From NCBI RefSeq assembly GCF_006345805.1, contig NC_043000.1, positions 117,986,001 to 118,050,000 of the forward strand: DNA of 64,000 nucleotides. The letters are read 5' to 3'. Shown here in pieces: positions 14,393 to 27,004 of this stretch; position 1 is the first letter of the stretch, and every line of letters starts with the position of its first letter. The translations under genes and the position numbers were made by a program. Below the pieces are notes generated by a model. The model had not been told where the DNA came from, ran no database searches, and saw nothing but the letters and a program-made list of their open reading frames with translations. The stretch is from Octopus sinensis. Taxonomy: Eukaryota.

Positions 14393-14964
14393 TCGTCGTT
14401 GTCGGCTTTATCTCGTATCTGAGTATTTATTTTCTTTGCTGAACACTTCTTTTATGGTGATGCCATTGAAGAGTGTAGACCAATTCTTGCATAGAAGAGT
14501 CGATGGGATTGGCTGCATGGCAATGTCGGTAGAGATCGAAGGTGATTTTGTGGAGCCTGTCTCTCTTGTCGTTTCATTTCTTCGTTTTCTTTCTCTTCTC
14601 GTCTCTTCGAAGTTTTTGATTCCGATAGTGATGGAACACCGACAATTGGTACGGTCTCGGACCTGTGTTTCAAACGACTTAGGCTCAATTCCAGTGGCTT
14701 TCAGTGTTGCTTTGAGTTGGCCCTTGTATCTTTAAAGAGGGCAAACACGTTGTCTTTTTCCTGATGTGAGCTCACTGAATAAAAGTTGACGTGTCGTGAC
14801 CATCGAATACGGTATTTCATGATCAGTGATTCGATAGTACTTTGACTGTTAGCTTTTTCAAGGTATTTGTTATTGGTCCCACGGTGTCCCACATGATGCT
14901 CAAAAGTGAACGCAGCTTTTGTTGGTGAAAGCGTTCTAATTTTTGGATGTCGCTACTATATAGA

Positions 14965-14967
<3 letters not shown>
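14393..14967 (-). mobile_element. RTE (BovB-like) LINE 3' fragment
   Basis: Translates as IQKLERFHQQKLRSLLSIMW, IESLIMKYRIRWSRHV, RYKGQLKATLKATGIEPKSFETQVRDRT and RLFYARIGLHS, all RTE C-terminal motifs. Confidence 0.88.
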
Positions 14968-15012
<45 letters not shown>

Positions 15013-15016
<4 letters not shown>

Positions 15017-15388
15017 GCGCAAAACGCCCCCCGTCCAATGGACGGGGCTGAGTCGCCAAACATTTAAACCAAATTTTATCAAAACAAGTCCGACCGTCCC
15101 ATTTTGTGGCATTATTTCAAGCCAGCGGATTTTTTTGCGCAAAATGCACGTGCATTTTTCACGCATACGCGTAGTATCGATCGCAATAGCTGATATACTG
15201 GCGCGTACAAATGCACGTTCCCACAGCTTTATCGATAGCATTGTCACCTGAAATTGATTTTTGTAATTTTATTCAAGACTTATACACACCCTGATAACGT
15301 AGGTATCGACATATCAAATTGAGCACAATCGGATGGAGGATGCCCGAGATCCTAGAAGACACACACACAGACAGAACGGATTTTATAT

Positions 15389-15392
<4 letters not shown>
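15013..15392 (-). mobile_element. Non-autonomous Helitron-like element
   Basis: The minus strand starts tatataaaatccgttctgtctgtgtg (Helitron-like 5' end) and ends with the GC hairpin gccccgtcc-att-ggacgggggc. The terminal CTAG is not intact. Confidence 0.55.
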
Positions 15393-15443
<51 letters not shown>

Positions 15444-15455
15444 TAGATAGATAAT

Positions 15456-15591
<136 letters not shown>

Positions 15592-15989
15592 CCATTGGTA
15601 TATGACAGTTAATAACATAGTTTCAGTAAAGACTTAAGGAAAAATTTAATGTAGATATAATTACTCCGAAAATATGAAAACGTTGAAAGCATTTCTTAAA
15701 TAAGATGCAGTTTAGCTAATCCGCTTAAGTATAATACCGGAAGCGTTTGTATTGTTTCAGTAGAGTCGTGATATTTCCTTATAATAGCAAATATCGATCA
15801 ATGAATGTGTTGTATGTGTGTAGGTGGTCGGTGTGTGCGCGTGTGTAGATATGAGGATACGCTGTCCAACGGTGCGTAGAAATTTGCTCTTATGTAATAT
15901 GAAAATCGGCGAAATTCTCTCTTGTCTTTTGCAGCATCTTATACAGGTTGCACTTCCCACATACCTGCGTATGTGTGTAATAAATATAT

Positions 15990-16342
15990 TTCAACTTGAC
16001 CTCAATGAGTATACTCTTCATGTATATGTGATGGCCTCTCCCGTCGAAGATGACGTATGAGCGTTCAGCTTTCACCGAACGGCCTGCACAAAGGATATGT
16101 TTATAGTGATCAAATGTATGTGATGCATATTAGCTCAAGCCCTCCATCAAATCGACGTTGGCTGAACAGGTACACGGTGTACCGCACTTCGAGTGTTGAA
16201 GTTATTCTATATATATCACAAAGCAACATGATATGAAGTGTTTTACTCAAAAACACAACGCACCACCCGACCTAGGAATTGAAACCACGTTATCGGGATC
16301 GACAGTGCAACGGCATAGTCACTAGGCCATGCGTCCTCACTG
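15990..16342 (-). mobile_element. tRNA-derived SINE (D-type head, tail E)
   Basis: Reverse complement of 17369-17682. A-box tggcctagtgact, B-box ggtttcaattcc. Confidence 0.85.
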
Positions 16343-16878
16343 ACAAAAAAAAAATTCAGTTCTATGTTAGTTCGTTTTTATTCTATTTTACACGACGCTG
16401 AGGTTCACTTCAACATCGGGTACTCTTGGAGTGGTAGATTACCAAAGACTGTAAACTTTCAGAAAAGTTTACCAGTTCATTTATATTTTAGCGTGCAACT
16501 AATAATGTGGTATGCTTCACTTTGATATATCCCAATCTTAATTAATCCCCTTTAATCAACATATGTGTATGTGTGCGCATATGTGTGGGTACATGCATAT
16601 GCGTGCATACACATGTGTATGTACACATATACATATATGTAAACATATATGCTTACACAAACACATACATATACATAAATATATAGTCGCACATGAATAC
16701 ATTCATGCATCAGCGAAAAAGGGAATATCTATGCTGAACTATTGAGAAATCTGCAGTTATTCTATCCAGATTAAGAGTTCAGGTTTAGACCTGTAATAAC
16801 TGAGGCACGAGGATATGTAAACACACTACCTAAATACCAATCTTGAGAATTTAGGATTCTCAAAACTAGAATCAAAAC

Positions 16879-17015
16879 TTGGAATCGAACTCGGAATCTT
16901 GGGGTTAATAGCCAACGCTCTTAACCCTAAGATTCCGAGTTCGATTCCAAGCAGTGACCTGAATAATAATAATAATAATAATAATGATAATAATAATAAT
17001 AATAATATAATAATA

Positions 17016-17051
<36 letters not shown>

Positions 17052-17087
17052 TAATAATGATGATAATAATAATAATAATAATAATAA

Positions 17088-17143
<56 letters not shown>

Positions 17144-17356
17144 CAACAACAACAACAACAACAGCAACAATAACAACAACAACATCGAAAAATACCTTAG
17201 GAATGAGAACCCAGGTTCGAAATTTCCCCAAGACACCTGATGAAGATTGGAGGGTATATCAGCTGAAACGTTGTGCTAACAACAAACAAGATGGGGACAA
17301 ATATCCGTCAATTGTAAATAATGTACATAATTCTTCATCACTTAAATATAGAACTG
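16879..17356 (+). mobile_element. tRNA-headed SINE-like element with (AAT)n/(AAC)n middle, hammerhead-bearing tail and a 5' inversion
   Basis: B-box gagttcgattcc at ~16937. The inverted 5' piece reads ggttaagagcgttggctattaaccccaagattccgagttcgattccaa on the minus strand. The tail matches 22625-22782. Confidence 0.7.
17233..17276 (+). ncRNA. Minimal type I hammerhead ribozyme motif (mutated copy)
   Basis: (A)CAC-CTGATGA-agattgg..cagct-GAAAC-GTT-GTG. Stem II is partly disrupted relative to the 22643 copy. Confidence 0.6.
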
Positions 17357-17368
17357 AATTTTTTTTTC

Positions 17369-17682
17369 AGTGAGGATGCATGGCCTAGTGACTAGAGCGT
17401 TGCACTGCCGATCCCGAGATTCTGGTTTCAATTCCTAGGCCGGGTGGTGCGTTGTGTTCTTGAGCAAAACACTTCATCTCATGTTGCTTTGTGATATATA
17501 TATAGAATAACTTCAACACTCGAAGTGCGGTACACCGTGTACCTGTTCAAGCAACGTCGATTTGATGGAGGGCTTGAGCTAATATACAGCACGTACATTT
17601 GATCAATATAAACAAATCCTTTGTATAGGCCGTTCGGCAAAAACTGAACTCTGATACGTCATCTTCGACGGGAGAGTCCATC
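17369..17682 (+). mobile_element. tRNA-derived SINE (D-type head, tail E)
   Basis: gtgaggatgcatggcctagtgactagagcg...ttgtgttcttgagcaaaacacttcat... ending gtcatcttcgacgggagagtcca. Confidence 0.85.
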
Positions 17683-17948
17683 GCATATACATGAAAAGTA
17701 TATTCATTGAGGTCAAGTTGAAATATATTTATTACACATACACACATGTACAGGTAACTTAACACTGAAGATGAATAAACATGAGAGAGCGGAACAAGGC
17801 TGGATATTTCTATTAGTGCAGGCAGTCCGATAGTCTTCTGCAGAGTCTAGTCTTCGTGCTTTCTGCCCAATGATACGAAAAGACATTTACCCTACCTGAC
17901 ATTTTGGGCATATTCAGATTGTAATAAATAGTCATTGTTACTTGTGTA

Positions 17949-18018
<70 letters not shown>

Positions 18019-18033
18019 GCATATATATATATA

Positions 18034-18078
<45 letters not shown>

Positions 18079-18115
18079 ATATTATATATATATATATATA
18101 TATATTATAATATAT

Positions 18116-18147
<32 letters not shown>

Positions 18148-18274
18148 CATATATGTATATATACATTGGCTGACAGGTATAGAGATTAATTGGTTATATT
18201 TGATGGTGGCTGTGGTATCCAATCTGGAATAGGAGCTTCATAAACATTTAGCAAATGTTGCCTCATGCATATAT

Positions 18275-18316
<42 letters not shown>

Positions 18317-18326
18317 TGTGTGTATA

Positions 18327-18543
18327 CGGGGGGGGTGTACAGAAAGGTTCCTGGCTTAAGGGTGTCACGAAAGGGCTAGTTGGAAGCCCAACCTTCGGAG
18401 TTCTCTTTCTGAGCTTAGAATAATTAACGGACCGCTGCAATAAGTGTGTGAATCTGAGAGGAACATATGCTGAATAAAATCATAATAAACTGATCACCTT
18501 GTATTTTCTTTTACCCAAATCTAGGAACTTTTCAGCGCCTCTC

Positions 18544-18544
<1 letters not shown>
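18327..18544 (+). mobile_element. mariner-derived MITE
   Basis: Imperfect TIRs cggggg..gaaaggttcctggctt / aatctaggaacttttcagcgcctctcg. Retains the transposase C-terminus DRCNKCVNLRGTYAE*. Second copy at 50141. Confidence 0.8.
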
Positions 18545-18593
<49 letters not shown>

Positions 18594-18699
18594 ATTTATA
18601 TGTACAGATCACACTAATGTGAAATACATGTGTGTGTATATATGTATCTGAGTAAATGTGACCATTAATCTATCTTTCTCTATACATGAATACATGTTC

Positions 18700-18746
<47 letters not shown>

Positions 18747-19679
18747 GTATATATTCGTATATTCTTTTTGAGAAGCAAATGTTTATATTAAGCATTAACG
18801 AATTCGCTTTATAATCAGCTAATCTATTTCCTTCTCTTTTACTGAAATTCTGACACTCCTACGAAAGGTTCTTCAAAATGACAAGTGTTGAAGTCTAAGT
18901 TCTCGTAGGGGGAAAACCATTTTCATTTGGAAACCACAGAGTGAAACTTCTTGGGAAGTCTTGTCAACACACTTTCGTTAGATTTTTCCATCGTCTACTT
19001 AATTCCCACTTAAATCGTCAAGCATTTTCTCTGTTGTATTTCAGTTTATATTTATTCTCAACGCACCGTTTCCCCCAAGGGTATCAACAACACAGCAGAA
19101 AACAAGGAATACAGGGAGTGTAAGAGAAATTAAAAAGAGCAGCACAAAGACAGAAATAAACAAATCAGAACCGTTTACAAATATATACGAAGCCGGTATA
19201 GAGGCGGCTTCTAGTTCGCAAGAATTACCATCAAAAGCGGAAAACATTTACGCTGTTTGCTGCTTCTGATTCAAACTGTTGCTCTTTGTCGCCAGACGAA
19301 ATTTTGAACTTCGCGATTCACTCTTGCCACTTCCTTGAAATGAATAGGGCCGGCCTTATACGATGACTAGGCCATTGCATTTCAATCAGCTCTCTTACTT
19401 AAGGGAGGAAGCCGTTGAGGAAACGTTAATGTATGAAGTGTTTGTTTGTACTGTATACGACATATATGTTTTCGCGTGGATGAATTAATACAACTGTTTA
19501 CTATGTAGAGATGGATCTGTCATGAACCCTAGGACTCAAAAAGCCGGATCTTAACTCGGTTTCCAATGTGACTAAATCACATGGTATAAGTGACTAAGAT
19601 TACACCACATTTCCCTGAATAGGACGCCAGACCGTCACAAAGTTAACTTCCTAGTTATTACTGGAACTCATTGACATTT

Positions 19680-19950
19680 GGCACAAGGCCAGCAAGATTG
19701 GGTGTAAGTCAATTACATCGACCCCGAAAGGATGAAAGACAAAGTCGACCCCGGCGGCTTTTGGAAGTAAAGTCGGAAGAAAAGCTGCTAAGCATTTTGT
19801 CTGGACGAAATGCTTGGCGGTATTTCGCCCGTCGTTACATTCTGAGTTCCAATTCGACTTTGTACCAGTTAAGTACCAGTTAAACACTGGGGTCGATGTA
19901 ATTGACCAGTCTCCTACTCCCAAATCTGAGGTCCTGTGCCTCCAGTACAA
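19680..19950. mobile_element. Two decayed SINE A (tail2-type) fragments in opposite orientation
   Basis: Minus 19680-19805 (gaaaggatgaaagacaaagtcgacc) and plus 19803-19950 (gaaatgcttggcggtatttcgcccgtcgttacattctgagttc). Confidence 0.75.
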
Positions 19951-20035
19951 AGGATATTACAGATGGACACAAGCGCAGATGCTCACCACACACATATTTC
20001 AGCGTAATATCATTAAAATTTTTTTTACTTAATAA

Positions 20036-20112
20036 GGCGGCGAGCTGGCAGAAACGTTAACACGTCGAGCGAAATGATTAGCGTTATTTCGTCTGTCTTT
20101 ACGTTCTGAGTG
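20036..20112 (+). mobile_element. SINE A head, truncated by (ATGT)n
   Basis: ggcggcgagctggcagaaacgttaacacgtcgagcgaaatg. Confidence 0.85.
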
Positions 20113-20224
20113 GAAATTCACATGTATGTATGTATGTATGTATGTATGTATGTATGTATGTATGTATGTATGTATGTATGTATGTATGTATGTATGTATG
20201 TATGTATGTATGTATGTATGTATG

Positions 20225-20267
<43 letters not shown>

Positions 20268-20399
20268 TATATATATACATATATGTATATATATACATAT
20301 TATATATATAAATATACATATATATAGATGTATATATATATAAACACATACTTATGTATATATAAACATACATATATGTGTGTAACGCCAAAAGTTTTT

Positions 20400-20553
20400 T
20401 TTTTTTTCTCTCTGTTTATTTCCTTGTGTTCCTTTCTGTTGAAGAGCGTAGACACGAATCGTAAAAGACGTTCCCGCCTCCCCGAGTGTTAAACTAATAC
20501 ACCTGCTTGATGTTTATGTACCTGTCTTCGTCCTTTGTTTTCATGTAAATTTC

Positions 20554-20558
<5 letters not shown>
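20400..20558 (+). mobile_element. Penelope-like terminal repeat with a degenerate hammerhead-like motif (20432-20467)
   Basis: cttt-ctgttga-agagcgtagacac-gaatc-gta-aaag. The downstream part matches the sequence following the GIY-YIG-like end at 49918-50012. Confidence 0.5.
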
Positions 20559-20627
<69 letters not shown>

Positions 20628-20949
20628 CACATATATGCGTGTGTGTAAGTGTGTGTGCAAGTGTGTGTGTGGTGTGATGTGGTGTGGTGTGCCTGTATGT
20701 GTTTGTGTATGTGCGTGCCTTTTAACCCTAATGCTTCACAACCGGTGTTGGTTTACTTATTTCCCGTAAGTTAGCACTTCGGCAAATCAAACGCGTAGAA
20801 TGAGTATCAGACTGTAAAAACGTAATGGGATCGTCCTGATCAACAAAAACCCTTCAAAGCGGTGCTCCATCATGGCCGCGGCCCATAAACTGAAACAAGA
20901 GATAAAAGTTATATTTCGATTTAAGAAAAGATATATTTTTATTCTTTAT

Positions 20950-21141
20950 TTATTTCAGCGATTTTGACTGCGGCCATGTTGGAACACCGACTTTAGTCGA
21001 GCAAATCGACCCCCAGGACTTATTCTTTGTAAGCCTAGTACTTATTCTATCAGTCTCTTTTGCCGAACCGCTAAATTACGGGTACGTAAACTCGCCAACA
21101 TCAGTTGTCAAGCGATGGTGGGGGACAACACAGAGACAAAA

Positions 21142-21210
<69 letters not shown>

Positions 21211-21723
21211 GTGAATCATTAGTGATTTTATTCCTTCGTTTTTCCTTCTATTGGACTTTCCTCTGTTTTCCAAGAAGATCGTCTGTCCTTCACTGAGCGT
21301 CTGCTAATACTTTACATGTACCACATCCTCGCGTTGTTGTTATTTTGGGATTTACCATATATCTTGCATAGCAAGTGACCTGATCTGAGATCGTGTGCTG
21401 GAACGAAAACAATTGCAGCGTGGAAGGTGTTTATAAGCCATTTAAGAAACATACAAAATCCGTTAGATTCACTTCAACATTAAAATTTAATTTGCCAAAA
21501 TATTTTCGTCGCTTTGAGACCGCGACAAAATTCCCGGCTGTATATATATATATATATAAACACCAGATTTCTTTCAGTTTCCGTCTACCAAATCCACTCA
21601 CAAAGCTTTGGTCGTTCCAAGGCTATAGTAGAAAACACTTGTCCTAGGTGCCACGCAATGGGACCGGACCCGGAACCATGTGGTTGGTATGCAAGCTACT
21701 GATTACATAGCCACTCCTGCGCC
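20950..21723 (-). mobile_element. SINE B, full-length, with ~400 bp of other repeats inserted in its central microsatellite
   Basis: Tail 20950-21140 and head 21568-21723 flank (CA)n/(TA)n plus inserted fragments. Confidence 0.85.
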
Positions 21724-22468
21724 TATGGATATATTTTAAAGCTGTTTGCTGGGGAATTTTTCCCAAGCGATTTCCAATGCAATAGTCACGTTAATAAGAT
21801 TTCCGTATGTAATTTCCTTCAAAAATTTAATCGTAATGCTATTTCCTCTAACTGATTGATTACTTTCTAACTATAAGACTTCTGCGACTATTTTATTTCC
21901 CAGAGAAACTAGATATCAACTATTCTACTTTTGATCGAGTGAATTCAATTTAGATTTTTGTTATTTTTAATATCATACTCCCAAAATTAATCGTCAGCAC
22001 AGGGTCAGGCATGACTGTGTTGTGTAGAAGCCCCTTTTCGCAACCATATGGTTTCGGATTCATTCGGTTTTAGTCCCAATGCACGGCAACGTGGGTAAAG
22101 GTCATTTACTATAGGTCTGGATCGACCATTGCCAAGTGGCAGGATTCGTACGTACGTACGTATGTATGTATATACGTACATATGCATGTATACATGTATG
22201 TGTATATGTATGTATGTGTGTACGTATGTATATATGTACGCATGTATGTATATTAAGATCCACAAGGACGAGAACTTAACTTCACCTCTTGGTGGTCCGA
22301 ATCGGATATGGAATCTATGTGAGAGTCTTTTCATTACACTGTCCGGTTGAAAAAGCTACATCAGACACCCTGATGGATCTAAGGCGTAGGTACTAGAGAT
22401 GGATTAGACTCTGCATAAGGAGTAGACAACCACCATCCATGTATGTATGAATCTTTGTATGTATGCAC

Positions 22469-22526
<58 letters not shown>

Positions 22527-22624
22527 CTATCTGCCAAGACAATGTGGCCATCCTGGAAGGGACGAGTGTTACTGTTACAGGACAGCCACATTATGTTGGC
22601 AAATATCCCTTACTTTAAAGAACT

Positions 22625-22782
22625 GTTCGAAATTTCCCCAAGACACCTGATGAAGGCTGGAGGGTATATCAGCCGAAACGTTGTGTTAACAACAAACAAG
22701 ATGAAGACAAATATCCGTCAAATGTAAATAATGTAAATAACCCCTCATCTCTTAAATATAGAACTGTAAATATAGAACTGTA
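22625..22782 (+). mobile_element. Hammerhead-bearing tail (same family as 17214-17356)
   Basis: gttcgaaatttccccaagacacctgatgaaggctgg...cttaaatatagaactg, with a terminal duplication of taaatatagaactg. Confidence 0.85.
22643..22686 (+). ncRNA. Minimal type I hammerhead ribozyme motif
   Basis: ACAC-CTGATGA-A-GGCTG-(10 nt)-CAGCC-GAAAC-GTT-GTGT. Stem I ACAC/GTGT, stem II GGCTG/CAGCC, self-complementary AACGTT in place of stem III. Confidence 0.75.
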
Positions 22783-23184
22783 ATTTCTTTTCATTCTAAT
22801 ATTTTCCCGTATCTAGTGAATGTTTCAGGTTCTCAAATTTCGCTTTTAAAACTTATTAAGTATTTATTTAACAAATATATTTCGTGTTATTGAATGTGTT
22901 AACTATAGATTGTTTATTACAGCTGTTGTGTACAGTTGTGTCTAATCAAATCTACATCTAACCAGTATTGTTCATAGTTATACCCGTAATCTCATAAATG
23001 CTATATGTAAACCTATGAAGTAGACATACAAAACTATGAATTTTTTTTGTCGATAGAATGCCAGAAAATCTTTGAACAGTCTTCAGCGATTTTGTCCCTA
23101 TTAGGAGCTTCATCGGCGATGTCTATATCACTTGACAAATCCCAGAGAAAGGAGTAGCTAGTCTGTTTATATAAACGTCATATA

Positions 23185-23416
23185 GGGCGGCGAGCTGGCA
23201 AAAACGTTAGCACGCCGGGCGAAATGCTCAGCAGCATTTCGTCTGTCGCTACGTTCTGAGTTCAAATTCCGCCGAAGTCGACTTTGCCTTTCATCCTTTC
23301 GGGGTCGATAAATGAAATACCAGTTTCGCACTGGGGTCGATGTAATCGACTTAATCCGTTTGTCTGTCCTTGTTTGTCCCCTCTGTGTTTAGCCCCTTGT
23401 AGGTAATAAAGAAATA
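23185..23416 (+). mobile_element. SINE A full-length monomer with TSD
   Basis: Complete head-core-tail1, flanked by tatataaacgtcatat / tatataaaaacatcatat. Confidence 0.93.
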
Positions 23417-24892
23417 TATAAAAACATCATATCTAGTAGCTTCAGAGAACAGAAGCTATTAATTTGCATATCACTAGTGTTTAACACTTTGGTCCCTTGT
23501 CGGTCAGGTTTCAGTATGGATCTGCACATGGCAGCTTCCTTTCCAGGATGTAGACCTCAGTCAGATTTTTCTGAAGATAAGTGCAACACATTTTCCCTCT
23601 ATATGCCATTGATGCTGTCCAAGAGCGTTGTCACAGACGAACACAGGACAAAAGAAAATAATGGAATAAGCACTTCAATACATTTCCCCAACATTAACAA
23701 TTCCGTCTAATAATGGCGCTGACTTGCTTTATCAATAACGGGGAAAAAAAGAAAATGAAAAGCTGTCCTCAGAGGGATTTGAATTCAAACCGTAAAATAT
23801 CGGGTCAAACACTGCAAGGTACTTTATCCGACGTTGTAAAGATCCTGCTAATCCACCCGCCTTATCAATTTCAATAAATATGTTTAATGATAATGCTTTC
23901 TTTTTTAATTTAAATTTGTCTGTATTTTGAAATTGACCTCTGCCCGCAGTGATTGAAGTTTTGAGCTAACGTATAAATTACGATTTATTCCTTACTTACA
24001 AGTAAGGAACTTGAAGAAACCTTATACGTATACATATTAAAACCATTCAATATTGAACTTAGCAACATAATTTGTCCGACTCAAGTTAATTAGAAAAGGA
24101 AGTACAACTTAACCATTAAGATTTTGTAAATGAAGGATTTATATTTCCATTCATCTGGCTTTTGTTTGAAATAAGGTTATAAATATATTCCTTTCCAGCG
24201 TGAGGAAATATTCTAAATCCAGTATATAAAGTCGCCATGAGAATGTCTTCAAAGATTTACAGCAATATAAATTTGGTCTAAGCTTTAATTAATTAAATTC
24301 TGTTCACCAGCTGCAATATTTCAAAGACAGACCATTAATATTCTCTCGTATTAGAAGTATTTCCTTTTTGCGACCAAAAACTATCTGCACAACAGAACTG
24401 TAGTATAGTGAAACACCATAAATTAACATTAATACCACCTCATATACATACATAATAGCAGATTGTGGAACACTTGAAATGAAATATATTAGATAATATC
24501 AGAAGAATGGGAGAAGATAACGTGTCTTCAGTCTTGGGAAAATGAAAAATGCTTCCTTAAACTATGACTCGACCTGATAAAATCACGTGTAATATATACG
24601 TTAGCGAAAAATCTGCCACATTTATTTCTAGCGTAATTTTGATAGGAGTAAATCGTGTTTCTAATGAGATATTAATGTTTGATATAAAGTGCTAATTTTA
24701 TAACAGGGTATTAAATGTTAACTGCAGTTCATATCATATCTCAGAGGTGGGCATTCAGTAATACAATGATATTACATCCCTAGCGAACAGAATTCATACA
24801 AACCTGGTTTCGAATCCCAGCTAGTTTTTATTTTTTATCTTACGAAATAATATTATTGGACTGGCCTTGTGCCAGAATTTGAAACCAATATA

Positions 24893-25310
24893 TATTTCTT
24901 TACTACCCACAAGGGGCTAAACATAGAGGGGACAAACAAAGACAGGCAAAGGGATTAAGTCGATTACATCGACCCCAGTGCGAAACTGGTACTTTATTTA
25001 TCGACCCCGAAAGGATGAAAGGCAAAGTCGACCTCGGCGGAATTTGAACTCAGAACGTAACGACAGACGAAATACCTATTTCTTTACTACTCACAAGGGG
25101 CTAAACACAGAGGGGACAAACAAAGTCAGACAAAGGGATTAAGTTGATTACATCGACCCCAATGCGTAACTGGTGCATATTTTATCGACCCCGAAAGGAT
25201 GAAAGGCAAAGTCGACCTCGGTGGAATTTGAACTCAGAACGTAGCGGCAGACAAAATACGGCTACGCATTTCGCCCGACGTGCTAACGTTTCTGCCAGCT
25301 CGCCGCCCTT
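24893..25310 (-). mobile_element. SINE A dimer with 17-bp TSD
   Basis: aatttgaaaccaatata (24876-24892) / aatttgaaaccgatata (25313-25329). Internal junction gaaatacc|tatttcttt at ~25077. Confidence 0.93.
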
Positions 25311-26063
25311 CCAATTTGAAACCGATATATTATTGGTCGTTACCGCACTGGACAAAATGTTCTGAGTTCAAATGTCGCCTAGTTCGACTTTACCTTTCGC
25401 CCCTTCGAGGTACATAAAATAAGTACCAGTTGAACGGTAGGATCGACGTAATCAACTTCTTCCTTCCTTCAAAATTATTAGCCTTGTGCCAAATTTAGAA
25501 ACGGTATTATTGCTAAATGTCACTGCTGCAATTTATTTTCCCGCGAACCGGTGCATATATTTAAGAACGGTGTATAATCTTAGTCAAAAGTCAGGGATAA
25601 AATGCTCGTATGAATATAACTTTTTTCTTCATATAAGTGTCAACTTCCAATATACAGTGCTGAAAATTGTTTGGTAATAATATTGTATCTTAGAAGACAG
25701 AGTTCAAGTAATGTATAGGAAATTTTGTTTCCACAGAAGAAAGAACACAAAGTTTCTTTATGAGATCGGCAGTTCTGTGTTATAATAGACTTGAAAAACA
25801 ATATTGCTGATAGAAAAGTTACTGATTTAACAGAAAAAAAAAACTTTAAAACAGATCACAATTAAATCTTGCTGATCATTAAATCTCAAGCGCAATCAAC
25901 CTCAGAAACACTGTCACAGATATATAAGAGCAAGTGAAAGTAGTTGTGTACGAAACCCTGAGACGTGTGACTGAACAATGATTCTTTGACCAAAGTTTTT
26001 AAAAAAGATCGTGAGCTGTTTAAAAATATTTCTTTTATCTACTTTGGTAATGAGTTCATATAC

Positions 26064-26472
26064 ATTTCTTTATTGCCCACAAGGGGCTAAACATAGAGGG
26101 GACAAACAAAGACAGACAAAGGGAATAAGTCGATTACATCGACCCCAGTGCGTAACTGGTACTTTATTTATCGACCCCGAAAGGATGCAAGGCAAAGTCG
26201 ACGGAATTTGAACTCAGAACGTAGCGGCAGACGAAATACCTATTTCTTTACTACCCACAAGGGGCTAAACAGAGAGAGGACAAACAATGACAGACAAACG
26301 GATTAAGTCGATTTATCGACTCCAGTGCGTAACTGGTACTTAATTTATCGACCCCGAAAGGATGAAAGGTAAAGTCAACCTCGGCGGAATTTGAACTCAG
26401 AACGCAGCGGCGGACGAAATACCGCAAAGCGTTTCGCCCGGCGTGCTAACGTTTCTGTCAGCTCACCGCCTT
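26064..26472 (-). mobile_element. SINE A dimer with ~22-bp degenerate TSD
   Basis: actttggtaatgagttcatata / actttggtaaagaattcgtata. Same internal junction at ~26240. Confidence 0.92.
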
Positions 26473-27004
26473 ATACTTTGGTAAAGAATTCGTATAGAGA
26501 CCAGACTCAAACAAATATCGTTCCTGAAATATATTTTTATTCTTCCAAAATATCTTCTCAGTTTCATTGTAATTTCATTGTCTATCCAAGTAACGTTATT
26601 AAAAACAAACAATTCTTAAATTTTTTGAAATATATCTAATTTCTACTTCTTTTCTGAGAGTTGCCAATGCTAGTTTTTTTTCTTTGCCCTACAATTAAGA
26701 TGGCTATTTTAATCATTTTTAGAATTATTCGCGTACGTCAGTTGCATGACTTTTTAACTTAGTTATTGGGAAAAAATAGAGTTAATTTGTAGGAATAATG
26801 CTTTCTAACAAGAAAAAAAACTGCTGAGTGGGGTGTTACTTAAGTACGACCCTTTGGCGAATATTTATTTTATTGACTAATGAAGAATGAAAGTCAATTT
26901 TGACATCGGCGGAAATTTTAACATAGAATGTAAGGCAACATAATTTTTCTGTAAATTAGAAAATTATTATTTTTAAATCTCACAACGAGAGATATTCAGC
27001 AACT

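Noticed and set aside
18900-19480. Unique, moderately GC-rich stretch as a coding exon
   Set aside because: The frames examined are short or closed, and no convincing splice pair was found.
21490-21532. Hairpin gtcgc..gcgac followed by GAAAATATTTT on the minus strand
   Set aside because: It resembles the 3' half of a hammerhead, but the CUGANGA box is missing.
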